64,000 nt of DNA from Lama glama (Eukaryota). Below are positions 53,051 to 64,000 of the stretch, piece after piece. A program made the position numbers and the translations under genes. Positions within the stretch are counted from its first letter, which is position 1, and every line of letters begins with the position of its first letter. The DNA lies in NCBI GenBank assembly GCA_028534125.1, contig CM052817.1, forward strand, positions 98,520,001 to 98,584,000, read 5' to 3'. The notes under the pieces were generated by a model that searched no databases, was not told the origin of the DNA, and saw nothing but the letters and a program-made list of their open reading frames with translations.

Positions 53051-54702
53051 CTATAATAGAATAAGAAGCAAAACACCAGAATACCATTCAATCGCTTGGA
53101 AATTGCCATTATTGCAAACAGTACACATTTAAATTATCACACTGGAATCCTAAATCTTAAACTTAACAGAGATTAATTACCAGTAGAAAAATAAGTATGG
53201 GTTGAGAACTAAAGTTGTTTTTTTCTTCCACAACATGAAGACAGTGTATATACAACTGACATCAAGCACAAGCTAACAAGAGACTAAACTGATACAAACA
53301 GTATGCCAAGCAAAACTCAGCTCTCTGCCAAAGGCTTTCCCCAAGAGGTGAATAACATTTTCCATAAGTCCATGGAAATTGCAGAATTGGTTTGGTAATG
53401 AAATACTCTCAGCCACTTTTTTATGTGTGATTTAACATTTCTGTCCTCTACTGAATAGTATAAGTTGCATTAATTACATCAGAGGGAAGCCTAGATTTAT
53501 TATTCAGCGAAAAGATTAGCAGTATTTTAATTCACTTGAGAAAATTTTGCCATATGTAAAAATGAAAATATGCATTTTTAAACTTACTTTTCATAATATA
53601 AGAGCATTTATACAATTACAGTGTCATCCCATGAGTTAAAATTAAATATACAATTTTCAGACAGGAGCATTTTGTATTATGTGATGCTAATTACACAGAA
53701 TTATAATTAAAAGAGCCATACTGCAATTTTCATAGAGCTACATGTTTGGGCCAATTCATCATTGAAAGCTTAGATAGCCTTGCAAAGGAAGTAGATTTTT
53801 TAGAATATTTTCTGTACTACTGTTCCTAAGACACATCATGGGTGATTTTCAAACAACAGACAAATTTAATATATCAGTAATCTCTATTTTTGACTTTGAC
53901 CAGTCATTAGTTACCTTCTTCTATTATTAGTGGAATTTAATGTGTTTACGAATAGAAGCCATAATTGGCTGCTGTGCTTACTGTTTTTACTGGATCATTT
54001 CCAGACATTAGAAAAGCAAACAATCAAACCAAGTCATGAAAAATACAAGTGATACTGCAATATTATAGTGAGTCAGGCAGTAACACATCTGACTGTTATC
54101 CTAAGTGTTCAGGGGAACCAAAGCTTTAAGAGCGTTTCAACCATGTTGGTAAAAAAAAGCAGGCACTACACTGAGCCCCATGCATTTCAGCACTGTAGCT
54201 ATGTTCACCTACGGTAGTTCACATCCTGAAAAGATACATAAATTGTCTGTGTCCTTGACTGGGAACCTGTGACTTTGGAAAATTAAATTTCACATTTATT
54301 ATTTATGAGGTCAGCATAAATCCCTTGATAGAATTTCAGCCTAATTAAGAAGTGTTAAGAGAAGTATGCATTTCCTTACTAGTTCACATAAACACTTCAC
54401 CGGTATAAAAAAGAAGATAGCTATCTTCTAACTGAGGAAAACTAATGAATCCACAGCATTTATACCTAAGACCATTTAGAGAAACTCAAATTTCTTCTTC
54501 TTTTGTAGTTTTGAGTTCTAAGTATTCGGAATCAGAGCTACTCCAAAGTTTTTTCCATGACAAAGGAAGCAAGAGGCAAGAGACATGACATTTTTCTTTT
54601 TACTTTTTACCATCAGGCACCTCTTTCCCTGCCATCTGTCATTTACTTTACTTTAGTCTTCCTAGTGCCCCTTCCCTCTAATTTCACCAGTTTCTAATCC
54701 AC

Positions 54703-54852
54703 TCCTTCTATCCTTTCCTGCTTCATAACTATAAAATCAGGCAAAACTAAAGACTGTTCTAAGTAAAATTCACTGATAGTATATATTGTTTCAAATATGG
54801 ATGTCATAAGTTGGTTTTCAGTTCTTCTACATTTTCCAGAACACAAATTTCG
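54703..54852 (-). pseudogene. Pseudo-exon, 150 nt, open: RNLCSGKCRRTENQLMTSIFETIYTISEFYLEQSLVLPDFIVMKQERIEG
   Basis: Acceptor ttttgttgcag, weak donor gtggat; 50 open codons. Confidence 0.45.
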
Positions 54853-55196
54853 CTGCAACAAAACTTTTACGTGCTCTGTTATAATAGTTTCAGTTATTGG
54901 TTGCATGCCAATGCGTTTTAAGAATCAGTCATTTCTACAAGTATTTATTGGGTCCATGCAGAATTCAGTCCATGACAGAATCTTTAAGGACAAAGAGGGA
55001 GAAAAAACACCTATAAGATACTTAAACCTGCTTTCAATGCCCTACAATTCTTTAAAAAAAAAAAAAAGGCAAAAGCCTAAATACTTAAATAACAAGATAA
55101 TACTCAAAACGCAGGCTACTACAGAGGCAAGATGGTCACCTAGGCACAATTTACCTTTCTCCCTCTCAAATCTCACTGAAATGAATTGAAAATGTA

Positions 55197-55515
55197 GAAA
55201 ATAAGTCAAACAGAGAAAGACAAAGTGTATAATACCACTCACATGTGGAATCTAGAATCTAAAAAATACAACAAACTAGTGAATACTATAAAACAGAAGC
55301 AGACTCACAGAACGAACTAGTGGTTATCAGTGGGGAGAGTGGGGGGTGGGCAACATAGGGGTAGGGGAATGGGAGGTACAAATTACTGGGGGTTAGATGG
55401 TCTACAAGGATAGGGAGTATAGCCAATATTTCATAATAACTGTAAATGGAGTGTAACCTTTAAATTTATTAAAAATTTAATTTTTTTTTAACTTTAAAAA
55501 AAGGGGAAAAAAAGA
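55197..55515 (+). mobile_element. L1 3'-UTR fragment
   Basis: aagtcaaacagagaaagacaaa…aaatacaacaaactagtgaata…A-rich tail. Confidence 0.85.
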
Positions 55516-56949
55516 AAAAATGCAGGAAAGGGAGCCTAATAACAAAAAGTGAATGCAGTAGGAAAGCTAGTGGACAGTAAACTCTAAGTAGCCCACAATA
55601 TTTAATGGATTTAGAGAAGACAGGACACAGATGGGATTATTGTAGTGACTATGTGTGAAGACAAAGCTTGAGACACAGATGAAGGCTGCCAGAAGGTAGG
55701 TCTGTTTTGTCTGAGAGAGAAGCTCAGAAAGGTTCTAGCAACACAAGCTGGAGGCGTGGAGGAAAAGAGTCAGTTGTACAGCAGTACTGAGGGCATCTTA
55801 GTAAGGGACTGACACTGAACAGCTGGGTAAGTCTCTCCCACTTCCTCTTTTGGACAACTGGCAGAAATGCCATATGACACAGCCCATCTCTAAAGAATTT
55901 AAATGATTTTTCTTGGAAGGGCTACACTCCAAAGGAAAGCACCAGACTGTCTGTCTATTATCCAGTACACATCTTAAATTCAAGCCTATCTACCAGTCAA
56001 ACATGTCTACTCAAGTACACATAGTTTATACTCAACTCTTTCTATCAGGGCACTAGAGGCAAACAATGGCAAAGGAAAGCAATGCCTGCAAGTTGTGATG
56101 CTCAAACTGCCCCATTAACAAAGTGAAAATGAACAACCATGCATCACCAGGCATTTGAGGAAAATCAATAGCACAAGAGAAAGTATAAGGAACATTGCAC
56201 CCACGTAATAAAAACAGGTGTCTGTGGGAGAAAAAAAAGAAGTAATTAGAGAACAAGGTTTTAAGAAAAATTAAAAGTATAATTACAAAAATTAAAATTC
56301 AGTGAAAGAACTACAAGATAAAGTCAAGGAGTAAAAACACCATGGAGTAAAAGCAAAAAATAAGAAAAAGTTGAGATAGATATATATAGACATAGATGTA
56401 GGTATGTTAGCCTTTATTGTTCTTTAGTATACAATGTACAGGATATAATTTTTTTAAAATACAAAACCAAGGACATGAGTGTCTAGTATGAAAATAAGAA
56501 GGAGCCTTTCCCTTTGCTTTCTACTTTGCAGGATGCACTCCTTGATGCTTGTGGGGGGTTGGGGGAGGGGGGAAGCAATTAGAGAAGCAAAGATAAGGAA
56601 TCAGAATCTTCTGAGTCAATTAATAAAACTAATTTATCTATTAAAAAATTACAAAACATGCAAAGAGACAAGAAACTCACAATCAAGAGAATATATACTC
56701 AGTAGAAACAAGATACAATGGTTGAAAGGATGGAGTATTCAGAAGATAAATGGAAACTAAAAAAAACAACTAAGAGGAAATTCTATAACTGAAAAAGACA
56801 ATTATCTGAGATTTTAAAATTCTTTGGATGGACTTAACTTCAGATTGCACACTGTAGAAGAAAACAGTACTGAAATGAAGAGAGGGCAGAGTGATTAAGT
56901 TTAAACTGGGCATAAATAAAGGACAGATCAACAATACTTTGAACATCAC

Positions 56950-57219
56950 CTTTCACTATGAAAATCATCTGGATTTGTATCTGATGATAAATCATATGGT
57001 CACCCGCGCTATTAGATATGAAGCTGTAGCTTCTGACCTTCCAGATTTGATTTTTCCAAACTGGTATGAATGAGATAGTGTATTTCCTCAAAATATCAGT
57101 AATTAAGGTTAAAAACTCAAAAGTGGTAGGTTGTGTTGGAACTCTTGTAGTTCTCAGTCTTCCATGGGTGTGATTAACCAAGAATATGTTAGCTTGCTTT
57201 TCTACTCACATATGCTGTT
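56950..57219 (-). pseudogene. Pseudo-exon, 270 nt: QHM*VEKQANIFLVNHTHGRLRTTRVPTQPTTFEFLTLITDILRKYTISF…IFIVK
   Basis: Acceptor tttcttcttacag, donor gtgatg; 89 codons with a single TGA (overlaps track ORF 56840-57181). Confidence 0.55.
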
Positions 57220-58269
57220 CTGTAAGAAGAAACAAGCCTAACAATTCTTAAAATAAACAGATTATATTTCAAAGCCTTTACAATTTAGAGCAAGCTTAAA
57301 AAAATGGAAACACCTGCTTAAGCAAAAATATTTTTCAAGCCTACCAAGGACACAACTACATTGCATTATCTCTGCCATGTAGCAAACCACAAAGAAAAAA
57401 AATACATATCTGAAAGAAATACTTCCTTCAAACAACAGAGATGCAGAATTGCTTTACTTCATAATTCTGAGCTCTCCTCTTTGCTTTTGACAATAATTAG
57501 TCTCATAACCTTAAACTTCCCTAGAGTTTAAAATAAAAATAGTTTAACTAAATTGCTTTCCTCTGGTTAATGAAAGTTTAATAAATAATGTTTAATTGAA
57601 TTAAACATTTGTTTAATTGTTTAAACATTAGGCAATTGTTTAATGAATAAAATATAATAGCACTATATATGTTTTATGGCATTATTCTAATACAGCTTGT
57701 CTGTTTTTAAGGGCCTATATTTTCTTTCCCCATATATATCACACAAAACATAACACAAATTCCAAGCAAAAATACAAAACCATTTCTCCATAGTACCCTA
57801 TACTATTAACCTAAAGGCCTTTATTATGGAAAAAGAACTGGACCACAGTATTTCAAAGTTGAACGTTTGTCTTTGCCATTTTCCCACTCCTCTTTCTTCA
57901 CTCATCTCCTGGTGCCTGTATCTCATCTTCTCAATTCCAAATATCCAGTGCCCTCATGCTGCCCTCTGGATGTCAAAAGTAAGACCACTTCACTGCCCTC
58001 TGCTCAGGCTTGCCTTATGCTTAAGAACCCCGAGGACTAAATTACTTCCCTTTTCTCTCTTCCTGGCTGCCATCAAAACTTCCATTAACTAAAGAAAAGC
58101 AATTTAATTAAACTAAGCCACATTAGATTGTGAATGATTGATTAATAGACTACTTAACCCTCCCTGGGATATTTTTATTTTAAAAGAGGACACTGTAATC
58201 TAAGTAAATCTGTAATAAGTAGAGTTTGAAACAGTTCAAAAAAGTAGGGAGAAATATATAGGCTTCTTT

Positions 58270-58694
58270 CAGGGAGATCTGTTTTGATAGAAGGGCCTTG
58301 TGACGGTCCCTTAAATTATCCCTGTTGGTGGCCACCTACTCAGCCTCAGTTCCTGACTTGGAGAATAAACCGTTGACTGAAATGCCCTTTTCCAGTTTTA
58401 TAAGTGAGCAGCAAAGTGCTCTCAGAGGAGAGTATTTGACTTTGAAACTGACTTCAGAAGTTGAAGTATGGTTTATTACTCCTCTGGGTGAACTGAGAAA
58501 TACAAATGCTTCTTTTAACTTGGAGCCAAATTCCCAAGAGCCATCCTTAAACACCAGATATCACTATGACAAAGGTCAAATTCTTTGTCATGTGGAAATG
58601 ACCCTAAAGATACTCTTTTAAGATTGATTACATGTTTTTTAACTTTTAACTGGAAGACGGGAATGAGCCCAGAAATACATGATATAACCTCACA
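58270..58694 (-). pseudogene. Large pseudo-exon with frameshift: CEVISCISGLIPVFQLKVKKHVINLKRVSLGSFPHDKEFDLCHSDIW/FKDGSWEFGSKLKEAFVFLSSPRGVINHTSTSEVSFKVKYSPLRALCCSLIKLEKG…
   Basis: Acceptor tttgcatctttgcag. Two overlapping minus ORFs in the track (58515-58700, 58336-58554) join by one frameshift near 58550. 3' end uncertain. Confidence 0.55.
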
Positions 58695-59599
58695 CTGCAA
58701 AGATGCAAATGAGAATATGACAGTAGAGGAGCTTCTACAAACTTCATTGTAAAATTCAGCCTCTCATCTCATCTTCCAGATCGTCTACACACACACACAT
58801 AGTCCTTAAGTGACAGTAAAAACTCCTATCCCCCAAATATTATTTAGTGTATCCTCTTAAATTTAGCTACATTTCATCTTAACATTTTGTAACAACATTA
58901 ATAAAGTGCTGACATATCTCTATTGTTGATAAATAGGTTAGAAGTAATTACAACTTCCTTTTAGTTTTAATTCACAATGTATTTTTTTCTGTCTAATCCC
59001 AAGTATGAAGTACAAAGAGAAAAGAACTGTTTACTCTTTGCCTCCAGTTTGAGTGATGTAAATTGAAGACCTTCCACTCTGGCTAATTATGAATTTTGCC
59101 CTCCCCTACAACAAGGTGACAATACAGAGCTCTCTGGTCATGATAAAAGCCTCTAGCATTTTACTTTATCATAATAGTTGTAAAACTCAACAACGTGCTC
59201 CTGGTTATGAGATAACTGCATTAATATCTCAGAGTTCCAAGCATCTCTCTGCAGAAATGTTAGGGTATAGTTATTTCCTGACAAACTTTTTTACTGCATT
59301 AAGATATATAGTCAGCCCTTGGTAAGCTTTTGCACTGCATTATACTTTGTCTTAGTTTTCAAAATTCACATGGGTGGCTAGATAGAAAACTACCACACAA
59401 GAAAGACATAGTTGCAATACCTATACCCCAAACACAAAAATTTAATTGATTTTTTCTTTTAGCTCAAAAAATAAATCCTTCTTCACAGCTAAGTAAACTT
59501 TCTATACCTATATAAGATCTGTCTTCTAAAAGCTTCCCATTCAAAGGTACATTTTGAATAGGGTGTTCCAGAGCAAGATAGTGTATAGAACAAAAGAAT

Positions 59600-60725
59600 C
59601 TAATTTGGCCTTTTTAAAAGATATGAACCTATAAGAACAGAAAGAGTAGGAGAAGAGACAATGGCAACTAAATTTTGGAAGATGTAAAGCGGGTGCACAA
59701 ATAGTAATTGAATTACCAGACCAAGAAAGTTCAGTCTAAAGTGGGCAGTGGGAAAGGCTGAGAACTAACTAGTTACATTCCCCCAAATGCTCTGCAAATG
59801 GTTAACACCAGTTTCTCTAGAAGTGGGAACCTAAAATAAGGAGGACTGGAAAAAAGCTATTTGAGAAGTGGTCAGATAAATACCTATGTGTCTCCCTCTA
59901 CTCCACTTTGCTGAGCGATGTCCCTCACCCTGCCCCCTTTCCATCTCCACTACTCCCACTAAAGTCTGGAAAGGGTAAAACAGAGGGTCTTTGAATTGGG
60001 AGGATCCCACCCAAGCAACTGAGGATGTGGGAAATCTACTGCAAACAAAGGGATTAAGTAACTTCGCATATAGGAGGCTAAGTGCTGAGACATCCTCTTT
60101 GCACCCCACCCACCCCCAATCCATTTGCCGGTGCCAGAAGACTGGCCACTAAAACTTTTCCCTCTGGAAAAGATCAGAACACACTTCTCTAGGGAGTTTG
60201 ATCAGTCCTATTAATGGCCCAACCAGGTCACTCACAATAAAGCTCAAATCTGACATTGCTAAAATGCTCAGAGCTCCCAAGAAGCATTTTAGTCCCCTAC
60301 TTTGAGAAGATAGGCCAAAACAAACTACTTTTTAAAAAGCAACTAGTAGAACACAGAGACTATTCAGGGAGGAAAAAAAAACTTTTTTTTTTTTTAAATC
60401 AGAGCAAGAAGTCAAGGTATCTCGTTTATGATACAAGAGCCCAAAATGCCACGAATAAGGAATATTCAAGAAGCAACAACAGAAAGAACTTTTAGAAACC
60501 AAAGGAAATAATAGAAGAAATCTAAAAATCAATATAAAGATTAGAAGATAAAACCAAAGTAATCTCCCAGAAAATAGATTAAATAGTCAAAGAGATTTTT
60601 AAAAAAGGAAAGGAAAGACACAAAAAGTAGGAGAGCAGTCTAGGAGATCCAACAATTGCAAAGCAGGATTTCCAGGAAGAGAAAACAGGGGAGAGAAAAT
60701 TATCAATAAAAGAATTCAAGAATAT
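59600..60725 (+). mobile_element. Old L1/HAL1-like 5'/ORF1 region
   Basis: ttagaagataaa…aatctcccagaaaataga…tctaggagatccaac…ggatttccaggaagagaaaacag. Confidence 0.55.
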
Positions 60726-60994
60726 TTTTTCATCTCTCCAATCGGACCTATTGAAGTTTGAGGAAGAACTGAGCTGGGTACCTTTTAGGGCAGTTTCTCT
60801 ACATGTTTAATTTTAAGTAGAAATAGATCTAGATAGTACCAAGTCTCCAAGTCAAATAAATGATTTTTTACTTAAATTATTAGAATCTTGTTTGAGTCAC
60901 CTCTATACTAAGCTGGAGCAAGAGTGATAGATCTCTCAAGAGGGAATACCTTTAAAGAACTCTTTCATTGGTTAGTCGTCAATAATGTTCTTTC
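60725..60994 (-). pseudogene. Heavily degraded pseudo-exon abutting an old L1
   Basis: Acceptor tttctttgtttttctaag; multiple stops; 3' end runs into L1-like sequence. Confidence 0.35.
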
Positions 60995-61134
60995 CTTAGA
61001 AAAACAAAGAAACCAGTAGGTGCCAAAATTATTATTCCAGAATCTTTAGCACAGATTGCCTATTGGATTTTTTCACAACCCTGACAAAGTAAAAAATCTG
61101 CTCTGACCCATTTAGAACCCTAAAGCTTCATTAC

Positions 61135-61255
61135 AAATCTCCCAAGAACTGGAAATCTGCACTTCATTAGGAACATGCTGGGATCCAGGGCTTCACAAAG
61201 GAGTCGCCTGAATGGCAGGAGGCAGTTGGAAAGAATTCTGAATTCTTTTACATTT
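61135..61255 (-). pseudogene. Pseudo-exon, 121 nt: KCKRIQNSFQLPPAIQATPL*SPGSQHVPNEVQISSSWEI
   Basis: Acceptor tgtttatttttag, donor gtaatg; one TGA in 40 codons. Confidence 0.55.
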
Positions 61256-61487
61256 CTAAAAATAAACAGGAGCCTCTCTTGATGAGCTTAAGACACAGAA
61301 AATCAAACAGAGCTTAGGTCCTAGGTTCTTTAATACTCATCAGAATAAAACCTTTTGCACACTATACAAACTTCTCAAATATAGAAAAGTATGTTTAAAA
61401 ATTGTAAGACATTCTAAGAGGAAATACTGAAGTGCAAATTTCCATCAGATACTGAACAACTAATTTCACTACAAAATGATCATTTAG

Positions 61488-61624
61488 CTTGATATGTCCA
61501 TATCAGAAATCATGTTGGAAGCCTGTAACTTCCTCCCCCTGAAAACATGTAATTAGCTATACTATATTGGAAACAGCTCTAGAAAATGATGATCTCATCA
61601 CCAGAATTGTATTCATAACCTGTC
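61488..61624 (-). pseudogene. Pseudo-exon, 137 nt: QVMNTILVMRSSFSRAVSNIV*LITCFQGEEVTGFQHDF*YGHIK
   Basis: Acceptor ttgttctttcag; donor appears mutated (AAG|ctaaat); continues the frame of the previous exon. Confidence 0.5.
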
Positions 61625-61754
61625 CTGAAAGAACAATCCAATCTTTATCAAACTAATTACCTTAATTAAGTCTATACGATAATTACTTAATATGGAAAAA
61701 GTGATGTTTTTACACTTAATCACTCTAAAAGAATAGACTGATAATATTTTTTAC

Positions 61755-61947
61755 TATGTTTCCAGAACTCCATGACAGATTTTTTCCATAACAAATCACA
61801 AATATCAACCAGATGCCCAGAATGATTATTCCAACAATCATTCACCTCTGTTCCATCTCACTTAACAATAGTTAAGAATGATTTGTCTGAACAATTTCTT
61901 TGATCTATCTCCTTGGTCTCATTAGCAACTGATCCAATGGACAGAGA
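61755..61947 (-). pseudogene. Pseudo-exon, 193 nt: SLSIGSVANETKEIDQRNCSDKSFLTIVK*DGTEVNDCWNNHSGHLVDICDLLWKKSVMEFWKH
   Basis: Acceptor tttttactgttgatag, donor gtaaaa; 64 codons with one TGA. Confidence 0.6.
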
Positions 61948-63659
61948 CTATCAACAGTAAAAAGTGTAGAATGTTCACATAAATTTTATATACTACCACT
62001 CTGGAGTCTGAATCATATTACTGCAGTTAAAATCTGGGAATTTTCTCATGCCTCATTCATACAAATATTTCAAGAGATTAAATAAGTCTATGTCCGAGTA
62101 CATTTCATAAATCTGTATTTGAACAACATGACTCAGCAGTAGAATTGATTTTTAAAAGATAGCAACAAAAACAACAGTGTCCTACTCTTTGAAGACGGCA
62201 TGATTTTATTTTCTCTTTGTAAGAAGCCTCTCAAAGAAGTATTGGTCTCTTCTGACAACAATCATAACAGCTCAGTGTTAACACTAAATGTATTTCATTT
62301 GGCAAAATTCTTTGGCTTTAAAATGGAATATTTTAAGTAGCCCAAATAAGTAAACCAACTTACAAAGCTACATGAGATATAGTTTGTAACTGAGATTGCG
62401 TGAGGATACAACACTACTTAAAATCAGACATTGGCCAGGGGGCTTTAGTTGTTTGTTTTACACAATGTGGTTTGAGTTCTGTACCTCAGAGGATGGGAAA
62501 CCAATGGACTCAGGGTTTCCTATCCTCTGAGGTACAGAACTCAGAGCTAATTGACAATACTCTCCTGTCTTATAAAACAGAAAACATTGTTGACTATGTA
62601 TCTCAACATCTCTAAGTCAAAAAAACTCTTTAATTTTGTCAAATCCTAAGAAACTTTATTTCTTTGGACATATTCTGTGAAAAAAAAAATGTGCTTTGCA
62701 GAACAATTTAAAAGCTTTTTTAAAACACAGATAATAAATACTACTTAACTCAATTAATACTACTTAACTACTTACCTTTTTGCCTTAGCCCCAACAAAAC
62801 TTCTAGAAATTAATTCACTGTCCCAAAGTTATAATGACCTTAGTTGCTTGGTAGTACCTAGTCCCTGTATTCTTCCTTTGTTCTTTTTTTAATCTTTAAT
62901 AATCCAATTATACATTGTTTTAAATTTTTAAGCCAATTCCAAATAAGAAATGAGTAAGCGAAATAGTTTCCTAGATCATAGCAACCTTGCAATCATTTCC
63001 TACTTCTCACATATGCCTGTCTTCCTTAGTTACCGAAAGAATTCTAGAATCAGAATATTTCCTTGTGATGTAGTAGATGATCATTGGCTATTACTATCAC
63101 ATTACTTATATCAAGGTGAGTTTTTCTACTCCAGACAAGAGTACAGGTTAGGCTCCTTTGTAAAGAACACGGAAACTGATCACAGAAAATGTAAAATGTC
63201 TCAGAGAAGGAATGTCTCTACTTGTAACATGTAAGATATAAAAGAATCAAGAAAAGTTGACTGAAGGATGAACATTCCTTATTTTTCATTTCTTAAAATA
63301 TTTAACATTATTGTAACAATATAGAATTATAATTGTCCATGATGATTAGAACTTCAGTATTTATAATGCCAAGTATTAAGTTACATCAAAAGACTTGATC
63401 ACTTTCAATATTGGATTCAAATGCAACATCAAATGCAAAACCATCAAATGCTGCACAGTTGCCCGATAAAGGATACGGAAATAACACTGCAGCAATGTCT
63501 GCCTGGTTTAAACTTATAAGAGCTCAGCTTGACTGGGCTTAGTGGCAAATGGACTAAAATACTGTAATGGCACCTTATTTTAATGTACACACTGTGATGT
63601 CTTCAAGATGGATACCTTAACACTGGTCATTCTCTCTTTCCTGCATCATCAATGTCAAA

Positions 63660-63849
63660 CAGCGGACCTCAATTGGGTGATTTTTACCCCTGGGAGACAT
63701 CTGGCAATGTCTGGAGACATTTTTGGTTGTTACAACTGAGGGTAGTGCTACTGGCATCCAGCCACCTACAATGCACAAAACACCACCCTACCCACAACAA
63801 GGAATTATCCAGCCCCAAAGGGCAATACGGTGTAGGCTGAGAAAAGCTG
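63660..63849 (+). mobile_element. MER20 hAT DNA transposon
   Basis: ggcaatgtctggagacatttttggttgttacaact…gtgctactggcatc…ccacaacaaggaattatccagccccaaa. Confidence 0.88.
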
Positions 63850-64000
63850 CTACAAGGACTAACATTCAAAAGCTCCTATTGTTGTGCTATGCCTCAGGTT
63901 GCAACAAGGCACCTCAGGTGCTGTGCCTCAGACTGACTCAGGCTGCAATAAGGAAGGAGAAAGGAGAATTTAGGCTGACACATAACTGCTTCTATGGTCA

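Larger units (their letters stand above)
3203..61947 (-). pseudogene. Decayed multi-exon gene (probable unitary pseudogene), parent gene unidentified; FYVE-like and TRAF-zinc-finger-like remnants
   Basis: More than 20 non-repeat segments carry minus-strand Y-tract+AG acceptors and GT donors, all in one orientation. Several adjacent segments join into long, nearly open frames. In-frame stops, frameshifts and mutated splice dinucleotides show inactivation. It may extend beyond both window ends. Confidence 0.72.

Noticed and set aside
57587..57650. AT-rich palindromes (aatgtttaat-tga-attaaacatt and neighbours)
   Set aside because: Low-complexity; expected from local template-switch or slippage events
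58325..58621. 98-aa plus-strand ORF
   Set aside because: More simply the antisense shadow of the minus-strand pseudo-exon, which has the splice acceptor

Overview
Mammalian nuclear DNA, AT-rich and CpG-poor. It is most likely camelid, judged from three tRNA-Ala(AGC)-derived SINEs resembling the camelid vic-1 family. Roughly half the window is interspersed repeat: L1 (almost all on +), L2, MIR, MaLR/ERVL LTRs and hAT DNA transposons, often nested. I see no intact protein-coding gene. The unique sequence between the repeats contains more than 20 minus-strand exon-like segments with polypyrimidine-AG acceptors and GT donors. They join into long, nearly open reading frames broken by scattered stops, frameshifts and a few mutated splice sites. 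I read this as a decayed multi-exon (probably unitary) pseudogene spanning the window. Its conceptual translation includes a degenerate FYVE-like finger (…HHCRM…) and eroded TRAF-type zinc-finger-like segments. I do not recognise the gene. Repeat family names come from recalled consensus similarity, and all boundaries were read by eye; no search was run.
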